A stretch of 41,894 nt of DNA, taken from positions 1 to 41,894 of the forward strand of contig CAYMYV010000001.1 in the NCBI GenBank assembly GCA_964394775.1, given 5' to 3'. Below, piece after piece: positions 8,497-17,000 of this stretch. How positions within the stretch are numbered: the stretch's first letter is position 1; every line of letters begins with the position of its first letter. The notes under the pieces were generated by a model that saw only the letters and a list, made by a program, of their open reading frames with translations, was not told where the DNA came from and did not search any database. Source of the DNA: an uncultured Lachnobacterium sp. Its GTDB lineage: Bacteria; Bacillota; Clostridia; Lachnospirales; Lachnospiraceae. Position numbers and translations under genes: made by a program.

Positions 8497-9310
8497 ACAT
8501 ACGAAGGTGCGTGAAAATTCTGAGGGACGTGAGGGAAGTGCGAAGTGTGAAGGACGTGCAAGCTATGACGGAAGTGTAAGCAAAAATGGACATGCGACCC
8601 CAGATGAACATGTGAGTAAAGGTAGAAGTGCGAGGCGTGACGGACATATCGATATGGGTGTGAGGTTCTGGATTTCGCATGTGTTAGTAGCTGCTTGGAT
8701 GATTTTTATATTTTTAATGTCTTCTCAACCGGGGGATATTTCTGGGGAAATCAGCGGAAGCGTCAGCCATCTTTTTATGCAGATATGGAATGTTATCTTT
8801 TTCCGTGGCTGGACAGAGATGGAGATTTTGCAGATGGCAGAGGTATGGGATTATCCCATTCGTAAGCTGGCCCATATGACAGAGTTTGGTATTTTGGCGA
8901 TGCTTTTGTTTTGGATGCTGGGCCAATATGAATATTTCAAGCAAAATAAATTAGTAAAAGACGAGCATAAATCACATTTTGAAATCCAATTACATGGAAA
9001 TACACGGTTACTTTTAAATAAGAGATATGCTTTTGCATGGCTATTTGCCGTAATCTATGCGGCTACGGACGAATTTCATCAATTGTTCGTGCCAGATAGA
9101 GCAGGACTTTTTACGGATTTGTGTATTGATGCGTTTGGTGCGACAATTGCATTAACTGTGATAACAGTAGCTGGGAGAATTATTTTAGTTCGGAGGCGTG
9201 TGTCTACTTTTTCGGCAGATGTAAAAAAGGCTCGAAATTGCAAAAAGCAAAATGGCAAAATGCAGAATGACATAAGGCAAAATTGCAAAAAGCGAAATTG
9301 CAAAAAGTAA
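8489..9310 (+). CDS. VanZ-family membrane protein with repeat-derived N- and C-termini; start uncertain (8483/8489/8654)
   Basis: WMIFIFLMSSQ, IRKLAHMTEFGIL, YAATDEFHQLFVPDR motifs. Confidence 0.85.
   Translation: MSKHTKVRENSEGREGSAKCEGRASYDGSVSKNGHATPDEHVSKGRSARRDGHIDMGVRFWISHVLVAAWMIFIFLMSSQPGDISGEISGSVSHLFMQIWNVIFFRGWTEMEILQMAEVWDYPIRKLAHMTEFGILAMLLFWMLGQYEYFKQNKLVKDEHKSHFEIQLHGNTRLLLNKRYAFAWLFAVIYAATDEFHQLFVPDRAGLFTDLCIDAFGATIALTVITVAGRIILVRRRVSTFSADVKKARNCKKQNGKMQNDIRQNCKKRNCKK
8534..8650 (+). repeat. Degenerate 18-bp tandem repeat (~6.5 units) in the vanZ 5' region
   Basis: GGAAGTGCGAAGTGTGAA / GGACGTGCAAGCTATGAC / GGAAGTGTAAGCAAAAAT / GGACATGCGACCCCAGAT / ... Confidence 0.55.
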
Positions 9311-9412
9311 AATGACAAAAAGCAAAATGGCAAAAAGCGAAATGGCAAAAAGCGAAATTGCAAAAAGCAAAATGGCAAAAAGCAGAATGACAAAAAGCAA
9401 AATTGCAAAAAG
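9233..9412 (+). repeat. 15-bp tandem array, 12 units (consensus CRAAATKGCAAAAAG)
   Basis: Units counted directly. The vanZ stop (9308-9310) falls in unit 6; the array ends 3 nt before dyad module A. Confidence 0.95.
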
Positions 9413-9415
9413 TCT

Positions 9416-9569
9416 GGGTATAGTAAGAAAAATTGATGGGCAATACCCAAGTTTTTCTTGAGTTTTTCGTGTTTGGAGAGAAAATGGGTACAATATAGCA
9501 GAAATTCCTCTGATACCCTCGCATTTGAAGATTTGTAGGGTATTTGAAAATATAATTTGCTATATACCC
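9416..9569. repeat. Triple GGGTA-N22/23-TACCC dyad module, copy A
   Basis: Dyads 9416-9448 (N23), 9486-9518 (N23), 9538-9569 (N22); linkers 37 and 19 nt. Confidence 0.85.
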
Positions 9570-9597
9570 AATCATATTTGAGACGCGTTGCTATTTT

Positions 9598-9690
9598 GCC
9601 AACGCGCAAAATAAAGCCAACGCACAAAGTAAATCCAAAGCATAAAGCAAAGCCAATGCATAAAGTAAAGCGAAAGCGCAAAGCAAAGCC
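9598..9690 (+). repeat. 18-bp tandem array, 5 units plus a partial unit
   Basis: GCCAACGCGCAAAATAAA / GCCAACGCACAAAGTAAA / TCCAAAGCATAAAGCAAA / GCCAATGCATAAAGTAAA / GCGAAAGCGCAAAGCAAA. Confidence 0.85.
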
Positions 9691-9739
9691 ATACAAATAA
9701 GTGATAGAAATTAATTATAAAATAGAAAGAGGTGATTCT

Positions 9740-10877
9740 GTGGTCGAACTCGACAATTTTAAAAGTGTGTTAATCACATACAAGAGCCCACTACAGGAAG
9801 TGAGGGATTCACTTTGACCTGGTAAATAAAGAACAGAGAATCCAGGAATTAGAACGAGAAATGGAGGCACCGGATTTTTGGAATGACCCGGCTGTGTCTC
9901 AGAAGAAAATGCAGGAATTAAAGAGTATGAAGGATGACGTAGCGACGTATGCCAATTTGGAGACCGGCTACGAGGACATCGAGACCATGATTGAGATGGG
10001 ATATGAAGAAAATGATGCATCTTTGATTCCGGAAATACAGGAAATGTTAGATGACTTTGTAAAGACCTATGAAGCAATTCGTATGAAGACCTTGCTGTCC
10101 GGAGAATATGATAGAAATAAGGCAATTGTATCTTTACATGCAGGGGCAGGTGGAACCGAGTCCTGTGATTGGGCGTCGATGCTTTTTCGTATGTATTCCC
10201 GTTGGGCTGATAAGAGGGGCTTTACCCTTACAGTGCTTGACTCTCTCGATGGTGAAGAAGCGGGAATTAAGTCCATTACCTTTGAGGTAAATGGCGAGAA
10301 TGCTTATGGATATCTGAAATCAGAAAAAGGTGTCCATCGTCTGGTTCGTATTTCACCTTTTAATGCGGCGGGAAAACGCCAGACCTCCTTTGTGTCCTGC
10401 GATGTCATGCCGGATATTGAGGAAGATATTGACATTGAAGTAAAGGATGAGGATATTCGAATTGATACCTATCGCTCCAGCGGTGCGGGTGGACAGCACA
10501 TTAACAAAACCTCATCTGCAATTCGAATCACACACTATCCAACCGGAATTGTCGTGCAGTGTCAGAATGAACGCTCACAGTTTCAGAATAAGGACAAGGC
10601 AATGCAGATGTTAAAAGCGAAGCTGTATCTGTTGAAACAGGAAGAGCAGATGGCAAAGGCGGCAGGTATCCGAGGCGAAGTGACGGAAATCGGCTGGGGT
10701 AACCAGATACGTTCTTATGTAATGCAGCCATATACAATGGTAAAGGACCGTCGTACCGGTGTAGAGAGCGGCAATGTAGACAGCGTGATGGATGGCGACC
10801 TTGACTTATTTATCAATGGATATCTGAAGTGGCTGAGTCTTGGATGCCCAGAGAATATGGTCAGTGATGACGAATAG
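9740..10877 (+). CDS. prfB: Peptide chain release factor 2, with programmed +1 frameshift at CTT-TGA-C (9812-9818)
   Basis: GTG 9740 after GAGGTG gives MVELDNFK...VRDSL then TGA; the +1 frame DLVNKEQRIQELERE joins the 9861 ORF. SPF and GGQ motifs present. Confidence 0.96.
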
Positions 10878-10924
10878 CCGGAGATAACAAATATTCATAA
10901 GAAAAAAGAGATGTGGAGGAATCT

Positions 10925-11743
10925 ATGATTTTTTTCCATAATACGAATATTGCCAGTGGTACGTTTGGCTTAAGCGCCTATGAGAAGCTTAAGCTTTTGA
11001 TTCTGTTACTGGTGATTGTGGCAATAGGAATCGGTATTATGACCGTATATAAAAATGTAACGAACAGGTTTAGAGGTTTTTCCAAGGCATTGTTTGGAAC
11101 AACGGATTTTGTGAAGGGCTTTAGCCGGCAGGCAGATGTTTTGGCGGAAACACCAAAATCTGTTTCGTCTATGACGAGATTGATGGAGCCTCAGATTATG
11201 AGGGATTTTCCTGAATTTTCATGGGAGGAGTTTAAGCACAAGGCAGAAAATATGCTGACGTCTGCGCTGCTTGCAATCTCGACCAATAATCCGGAATATT
11301 TAGTGGATGCGTCGGAGGATATCCGGAAACAGGTAACGAATATTATTGCAGATAATCGTGCCAATGGAATTGGAGAGACCTACTCGGATATACAGATTCA
11401 TCAGACGGAGATTGCCAACTATTCTAAGGCAAATGGAAAATGCGTGATTACGATTCAAAGCGCAGTGGGATATCTGCACCATAAGCTGCAGAATGGCGAA
11501 GTCATTACAGGAGATAAAAACCGTAAAACACAGACCAAATACAATATGGAGCTGGTATATATCCAGGATTCGGACCTTGCAGATTTTGATAATGCAGTGG
11601 GAACGGTTTGCCCAAGCTGTGGCGCGCCGGTCAAGGTGCTGGGTGCGAAGTTCTGTGAATATTGTGGAACAGGTATTATGCCGCTTAATATTAAGGTTTG
11701 GTCACTTCACAAATTTTATGAAGTGGATTATAATCGTAGTTAA
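10925..11743 (+). CDS. Membrane-anchored Tim44-like domain protein with C-terminal zinc ribbon
   Basis: One N-terminal TM; 'DFPEFSWEEFKHKAE' Tim44-like segment; CPSCGAP...CEYCG. GGAGGA RBS before ATG 10925. Confidence 0.65.
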   Translation: MIFFHNTNIASGTFGLSAYEKLKLLILLLVIVAIGIGIMTVYKNVTNRFRGFSKALFGTTDFVKGFSRQADVLAETPKSVSSMTRLMEPQIMRDFPEFSWEEFKHKAENMLTSALLAISTNNPEYLVDASEDIRKQVTNIIADNRANGIGETYSDIQIHQTEIANYSKANGKCVITIQSAVGYLHHKLQNGEVITGDKNRKTQTKYNMELVYIQDSDLADFDNAVGTVCPSCGAPVKVLGAKFCEYCGTGIMPLNIKVWSLHKFYEVDYNRS

Positions 11744-11796
11744 GGGATAAAATGAGATTATATTTTTTTACATAAAAGATTTAGGAGGAAAAAAGA

Positions 11797-13050
11797 ATGG
11801 GTATTATTAAAGCAATTGGACAGGCAATCAGTGGTGGCTTCGCAGATCAGTGGTTGGAGGTAATTGAACCAGATAATATGGGCAGCCAGACCGTCTTTGC
11901 ACCAGGCATCAAGGTTCGTAAGGGCGAAAATACAAAGGGCTCTGACAACAACGTGTCAAATGGTTCTATGATTCGTGTTTATGATAATCAGTTTATGATG
12001 TTAGTAGATGGCGGAAAGGTTGTAGATTACACCGCAGAACCGGGATATTACAAGGTAGATAATTCTTCTTCTCCATCACTTTTGAATGGCGAATTTGGCG
12101 ATACATTAAAGGATGCATTTAATCGTATCAAATATGGCGGAGAGAATCCAAGAGACCAGAAGGTATTTTATATCAACCTTCAGGAAATCAAAGGCATCAA
12201 ATTTGGAACCCGCAATCCAATTAATTATTTTGACAGCTTTTACAATGCAGAATTGTTCCTGCGTGCACATGGTACATACTCCATCAAGGTGGTAAATCCA
12301 TTGCAGTTCTACGCAGAAGTAATTCCAAGAAATAAAGACCACGTAGAGATTACGGATATTAACGAGCAGTATGTTTCAGAATTTCTTCAGGCTCTGCAGT
12401 CATCTATCAACCAGATGTCCGCAGATGGAACCCGCATTTCTCATGTAAGCAGCAAGGCTCTCGAGCTTGGAAAATACATGGCTTCTGTTCTTGATGAAGA
12501 TTGGAACAAGATGCGTGGTATGGAAATTCAGGCAGTGGGTATTGCCAGCGTATCCTACGATGAAAAGTCACAGGAGCTTATTAATTTACGTAATGAAGGC
12601 GCAATGATGTCAGACCCAACCATTCGTGAGGGCTATATGCAGGCACATGTTGCACGTGGCTTAGAAGCAGCAGGCTCTAATGCAAATGGTGCGATGAATG
12701 GCTTCCTTGGCATGGGCATGGGAATGAATATGGGTGGCAATATGGCTGGACAGATGAGCCAGACAAATATGGCTATGGCTCAGAGCGGAGTGGGAGTTCA
12801 GAATCCTAATATGGCAAATTCAGCTCCTCAGAATTTTGGTGCGGGTGCAGCACAGCAGGCAGCTCCACAGCCAAACGTAGTTGCAGGTGGCACAGCGGCA
12901 GGCGCATGGACCTGTGAATGTGGCAATGTTAACACCGGAAAATTCTGTCCGGAATGTGGAAAACCGGCACCATCAAAGGAATGGACCTGCGAATGCGGAA
13001 GTGTAAATTCCGGAAAATTCTGTCCTGAGTGTGGGAAGGCCAGACCTTAA
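11797..13050 (+). CDS. SPFH/band-7 domain protein with double zinc ribbon (YdjI-like)
   Basis: 'VFYINLQEIKGIKFGT', 'LRAHGTYSIKV'; Gly/Met-rich linker; two WTCECG..NxGKFCPECG repeats. Confidence 0.85.
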   Translation: MGIIKAIGQAISGGFADQWLEVIEPDNMGSQTVFAPGIKVRKGENTKGSDNNVSNGSMIRVYDNQFMMLVDGGKVVDYTAEPGYYKVDNSSSPSLLNGEFGDTLKDAFNRIKYGGENPRDQKVFYINLQEIKGIKFGTRNPINYFDSFYNAELFLRAHGTYSIKVVNPLQFYAEVIPRNKDHVEITDINEQYVSEFLQALQSSINQMSADGTRISHVSSKALELGKYMASVLDEDWNKMRGMEIQAVGIASVSYDEKSQELINLRNEGAMMSDPTIREGYMQAHVARGLEAAGSNANGAMNGFLGMGMGMNMGGNMAGQMSQTNMAMAQSGVGVQNPNMANSAPQNFGAGAAQQAAPQPNVVAGGTAAGAWTCECGNVNTGKFCPECGKPAPSKEWTCECGSVNSGKFCPECGKARP

Positions 13051-13107
13051 TTTAACAGGATTAATTTTGTAATTTTAGTTATATTTGTTATAAGTAAAAG
13101 TACTAGG

Positions 13108-13135
13108 AAAAGGGGTTGCGTATGCAACCCTTTTT
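13108..13135 (+). terminator. Intrinsic terminator, possibly bidirectional
   Basis: AAAAGGGGTTGC-GTAT-GCAACCCTTTTT. Confidence 0.7.
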
Positions 13136-13196
13136 ATGTTATTATCTTCCTCATGAAGACACTTGTCAGCGTGGGACACACAAAGGAGTAACAAAA

Positions 13197-13640
13197 ATGT
13201 CAGATAAGGCAAGCTATTATGTGCTAAAAGAAAAGGCAGTACCGGAAGTATTATTAAAGGTAGTGGAAGCAAAAAGGCTAATAGAGTCAGGAAAGGCAAT
13301 ATCCATACAGGATGCAACGGATGCAGTTGGAATCAGCCGCAGCTCCTTTTATAAATACAAGGATGATATTTTTCTATTCCATGATAACGAAAGAGGGAAA
13401 CCAATTACAATGGTTATCCAGATGGATGATGAGCCGGGATTGTTGTCCAACGTATTGCAGGTGATTGCCAGGTTCAACAGCAATATATTAACCATTCATC
13501 AGAGTATCCCAATTAATGGAATTGCTTCGCTGATATTAAGCATCGACGTATTCAATACCGAGAGCAATCTCGATGATATGGTAAATACTATTGAAAAAGT
13601 ACATGGGATTCATTATGTAAAAATTATCGCTAAGGAGTAG
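13197..13640 (+). CDS. HTH-ACT domain protein (ThrR/PheB-like threonine pathway regulator)
   Basis: 'GISRSSFYKYKD' HTH and 'DEPGLLS...NILTIHQSIPING' ACT domain. AAGGAG RBS before ATG 13197; directly upstream of hom. Confidence 0.85.
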   Translation: MSDKASYYVLKEKAVPEVLLKVVEAKRLIESGKAISIQDATDAVGISRSSFYKYKDDIFLFHDNERGKPITMVIQMDDEPGLLSNVLQVIARFNSNILTIHQSIPINGIASLILSIDVFNTESNLDDMVNTIEKVHGIHYVKIIAKE

Positions 13641-13644
13641 AAAC

Positions 13645-14886
13645 ATGAAGATTGCAGTAATGGGATATGGCACCATCGGATCAGGTGTAGTAGAGGTATT
13701 AGAGGTCAATAAGGACCTGATCGCAGCACGTGCCGGAGAACCAATTGAAGTAAAATATATTTTGGATTTAAGAGATTTCCCAGGAGATCCATATGCAGAT
13801 AAAATCGTTCACGACTACCGTACAATCGCAGAGGACGAAGAGGTAGGTATCGTTGTAGAGGCGATGGGTGGTGTAGAACCGGCATTTACTTTTGTAAAAA
13901 CAATGCTGGAAGCCGGAAAACAGGTGGCTACATCCAACAAGAACCTTGTGGCAGCAAAGGGGGCAGAGTTATTAAAAATCGCAAAGGAACGCGACATTAA
14001 CTTTACATTTGAGGCAAGTGTTGGTGGCGGTATTCCAATCATCCGCCCACTGAGCAATTGTCTTACAGCAGAAAAAATCGAAGAAATCACCGGTATTTTA
14101 AATGGTACCACAAACTATATGCTGACCCGTATGGCAAACGAGGGCGTAAGCTTTGCGGAAGTACTGAAGGAGGCGCAGGCGAAGGGATATGCAGAGGCAG
14201 ACCCAACCGCAGACGTAGAAGGCTTTGACCCATGTCGTAAAATTGCCATTTTAACCTCCCTTGTTTGTGGAAAACAGGTAGACTACGAGGAAATTTATAC
14301 AGAGGGTATTACCAGGATTACATCCGAGGATTTTGCTTATGCAAAAGCAATGGACTGCTCTATCAAGCTTCTCGCTTCAAGCAAATTGGTGAAGGTGGCC
14401 CAGGCAGGCGAACAGATGACGGACCGTTATCGCTGTATGGTGGCACCATTCCTGCTATCCAAGAGTCATCCGCTTTGCGGAGTAAATGACGTATTCAATG
14501 CTGTTTTTGTGCATGGAAATATGTTAGGCGATGCTATGTTTTACGGCAGCGGTGCCGGAAAGCTTCCAACCGCCAGTGCAGTAGTTGCAGATATCGTAGA
14601 AATGACAAAGCATCAGCACATTAATATTCCGGTAGAATGGTCAGAAGAGAAAATGGAGCTGGTTGATTACAAAGAAAGCACCAATCGTTTCTTCGTAAGA
14701 ACAACTGCGGACAAAGCAGCTATTGAGGCAGCATTCGTGACAGCCTCTGGCGAAACCGGAGTTGTTGAATATGTCGAAGGCGTAGTTGAAGGTGAGATAG
14801 GCTTTACCACATCTGTAATGTCAGAAGCAGCATTTGCAGAGGCAGCAGAGAAGATTGCTGTTATAAACCGTATTCGAATCGCGTAG
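13645..14886 (+). CDS. hom: Homoserine dehydrogenase
   Basis: GYGTIGSG, FEASVGGGIP, GILNGTTNY, GYAEADPTADVEG, GAGKLPTASAV motifs. Confidence 0.96.
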   Translation: MKIAVMGYGTIGSGVVEVLEVNKDLIAARAGEPIEVKYILDLRDFPGDPYADKIVHDYRTIAEDEEVGIVVEAMGGVEPAFTFVKTMLEAGKQVATSNKNLVAAKGAELLKIAKERDINFTFEASVGGGIPIIRPLSNCLTAEKIEEITGILNGTTNYMLTRMANEGVSFAEVLKEAQAKGYAEADPTADVEGFDPCRKIAILTSLVCGKQVDYEEIYTEGITRITSEDFAYAKAMDCSIKLLASSKLVKVAQAGEQMTDRYRCMVAPFLLSKSHPLCGVNDVFNAVFVHGNMLGDAMFYGSGAGKLPTASAVVADIVEMTKHQHINIPVEWSEEKMELVDYKESTNRFFVRTTADKAAIEAAFVTASGETGVVEYVEGVVEGEIGFTTSVMSEAAFAEAAEKIAVINRIRIA

Positions 14887-14973
14887 TTTATAGAGTGTGC
14901 ATTTTGCAAAGATGAAAAAGATGTAAGATTTGCATTTATGTGCATATTTAAAAAGTAATAGAAAAGGAATAAT

Positions 14974-16296
14974 ATGATGAAATATGTAATTGTACTAGGC
15001 GATGGTATGGCAGACCTTCCACTCGCAGAGCTTGACGACAAAACACCATTAGAATATGCGAACACTCCAACCATGGATGCCCTTGCAGGCAAGGGTGAGC
15101 TTGGTTTGGTACATACGATTCCGGAAGGAATGAAGCCGGGGAGCGATACTGCCAATTTATCAGTGTTAGGCTATTATCCAAAGAAATATTACTCAGGCCG
15201 TTCGCCTTTAGAAGCGCTTAGTATTGGTGTACCGATGAAGGATACCGATGTGGCACTTCGATGTAATATTGTAACACTTTCCGAGGAAGAAACAGAATAC
15301 GAGAAAAGGCATATGCTTGATCATAGCTCTGATGAAATTAGCACAGAGGATGCAGCAGTATTGTTGGATGCAGTTGTAAAAGGCTTGTCGGAGGAGCTGT
15401 CGGTGTGGGCAGGTTCCACTAACGCAGCCGACCTTGTGAATGCTTCGACCAAGATGCTGGCAGACAAGGATGAAAAGGACTTCTCCTTTTATGTAGGCAC
15501 AAGCTATCGTCATTGTCTCATCTGGAATCATGGGGAAGTAGTAGAATTGGCACAGCCGCATGATATTTTGGAGCGCTGCATCGAAGAGTACCTTCCAACC
15601 GAGCCAAAGCTTCTTGAAATGATGAAACGCAGCTATGATATTTTGGTAAATCACCCAATCAATTTAGAGCGTAAGGCAAAAGGCCTTCGCCCGGCAAACT
15701 CCTGCTGGTTCTGGGGTGCAGGTACAAAACCGGCGTTGTCTTCTTTTGAAGATAAAACAGGAAAAAAGGGTGCCATGATTTCTGCTGTAGATTTATTAAA
15801 AGGCATTGCTGTAGGTGCCTCTATGAAAGTAATTGAAGTAGAAGGTGCAAATGGCGGACTTCATACGAACTATGAAGGAAAAGCTCAGGCTGCAATTGAT
15901 GTATTGGCTAAGGATAATTACGATTTTGTATATGTACATTTAGAAGGTCCGGATGAAATGGGACATCAGGGAAGTATCGAACGCAAGGTTCAGGCAATTG
16001 AATGGTTAGACGAACGTATCGTAAAACCAATCGCAGAAGGACTGGCAGCAGCAGGCGAAGATTTTAGAATGCTGATTTTACCAGACCACCCAACACCAAT
16101 CTGCATCCGTACTCACTCATCAGATCCGGTTCCATATGTGTTATATGATTCCACCAAATGCGGAATGCCAGAAAAAGGTTCAGGCGTTTTGGAATACAAG
16201 GAACACGATTGGAAGTACAATGAACGTGAGGCAGCTGCAAGCGGTAATTATGTAGCAGAGGGACACACAATCATTGATCGGTTGTTTGAGGTGTAA
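14974..16296 (+). CDS. apgM: Cofactor-independent phosphoglycerate mutase, ApgM-like
   Basis: DGMAD, TPLEYA.TP.MD, PGSDTANLS, GRSPLEA, DEMGH, PDHPTP...RTH motifs. Confidence 0.88.
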   Translation: MMKYVIVLGDGMADLPLAELDDKTPLEYANTPTMDALAGKGELGLVHTIPEGMKPGSDTANLSVLGYYPKKYYSGRSPLEALSIGVPMKDTDVALRCNIVTLSEEETEYEKRHMLDHSSDEISTEDAAVLLDAVVKGLSEELSVWAGSTNAADLVNASTKMLADKDEKDFSFYVGTSYRHCLIWNHGEVVELAQPHDILERCIEEYLPTEPKLLEMMKRSYDILVNHPINLERKAKGLRPANSCWFWGAGTKPALSSFEDKTGKKGAMISAVDLLKGIAVGASMKVIEVEGANGGLHTNYEGKAQAAIDVLAKDNYDFVYVHLEGPDEMGHQGSIERKVQAIEWLDERIVKPIAEGLAAAGEDFRMLILPDHPTPICIRTHSSDPVPYVLYDSTKCGMPEKGSGVLEYKEHDWKYNEREAAASGNYVAEGHTIIDRLFEV

Positions 16297-16321
16297 GAGA
16301 GATATAGATTTACCACTTTGG

Positions 16322-16723
16322 GGTAATGTCATAGGTTACTTTGGTAATGTTATTGGCTGCTTTGGCAATGTCATAGGCTGCTTTGCTAGTGTCATTGGCT
16401 GCTTTGGTAATGTCATAGGCTGCTTTGGCAACGTCATAGGCTGCTTTGGGAATGTCATTGGTTACTTTGGTAGTGTCATTGGCTGCTCTGGTAATGTCAT
16501 TGGCTGCTTGGGGCAATGTCATTGGTTGCTTTGGTAGTGTCATTGGCTGCTTTGGTAGTGTCATTGGCTGCTTGGGTAATGTCATTGGTTACTTTGGCAA
16601 TGTCATTGGCTGCTTGGGGCAATGTCATTGGTTACTTTGGCAATGTCATTGGCTGCTTTGCTAGTGTCATTGGCTGCTTGGGGCAATGTCATTGGTTACT
16701 TTGGAAATGTCATTGGTTGCTTG
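16322..16723 (+). repeat. 21-bp tandem array, 19 units (consensus GGYAATGTCATTGGCTGCTTT)
   Basis: Units counted directly; units 9, 14 and 17 are 22 nt. The last unit runs into the GGGTA arm of dyad module B. Confidence 0.97.
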
Positions 16724-16876
16724 GGTATATATACGAAAAATAGCGCATGATACCCAAGAAAAAGACGAAATTTAATAAGATTTACCATAATTGGGTATAG
16801 GGCGGAAAAAACGTTTCTATACCCTTATTTTTATGAAAAGGGAGGGTATTAGCAGATGGTTTTTTTGCCATTACCC
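16723..16876. repeat. Triple GGGTA-N22/23-TACCC dyad module, copy B
   Basis: Dyads 16723-16755 (N23), 16793-16824 (N22), 16844-16876 (N23); linkers 37 and 19 nt. Confidence 0.88.
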
Positions 16877-16947
16877 ATATGAAAAAAATAAATCGATAAA
16901 ATGAAGCAAATCTATTTACTTGCATGCATTTTTGTGTTTAAATTACA

Positions 16948-17000
16948 GCATTCAATACACCTCTCTCCAATACAAGATAGGAGGGGAAAATGTTGAATGC
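16948..17000 (+). promoter_or_regulatory. Predicted RBS/start-codon-sequestering leader hairpin containing the left arm of a 15-bp inverted repeat (16960-16974)
   Basis: GCATTCAATA(16948-16957) pairs with TGTTGAATGC(16991-17000); TCTCTCC(16962-16968) pairs with the SD GGAGGGG(16980-16986). Confidence 0.6.

Noticed and set aside
9470..9481. TTGGAGAGA in the module A linker as a third copy of the 15-bp IR
   Set aside because: Only 9 matching bases, and in a different position relative to the dyads.
9079..9696. Minus-strand ORFs over the 15-bp array (FCFLP / AILLF / FAFCH repeats)
   Set aside because: Artefacts of a stop-free 15-nt repeat; they overlap vanZ antisense.
9740..9860. prfB pseudogene or sequencing frameshift
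   Set aside because: The break is exactly the conserved CTT-TGA-C recoding site.
16322..16723. CRISPR array
   Set aside because: Units are head-to-tail with no unique spacers, and there are no cas genes. The same applies to the 9233 and 18115 arrays.
16274..16743. Short ORFs over the 21-bp array (GNVIGCF / PKQPMTL repeats)
   Set aside because: Open only because of the repeat period; 22-nt units shift the frame and there is no RBS.
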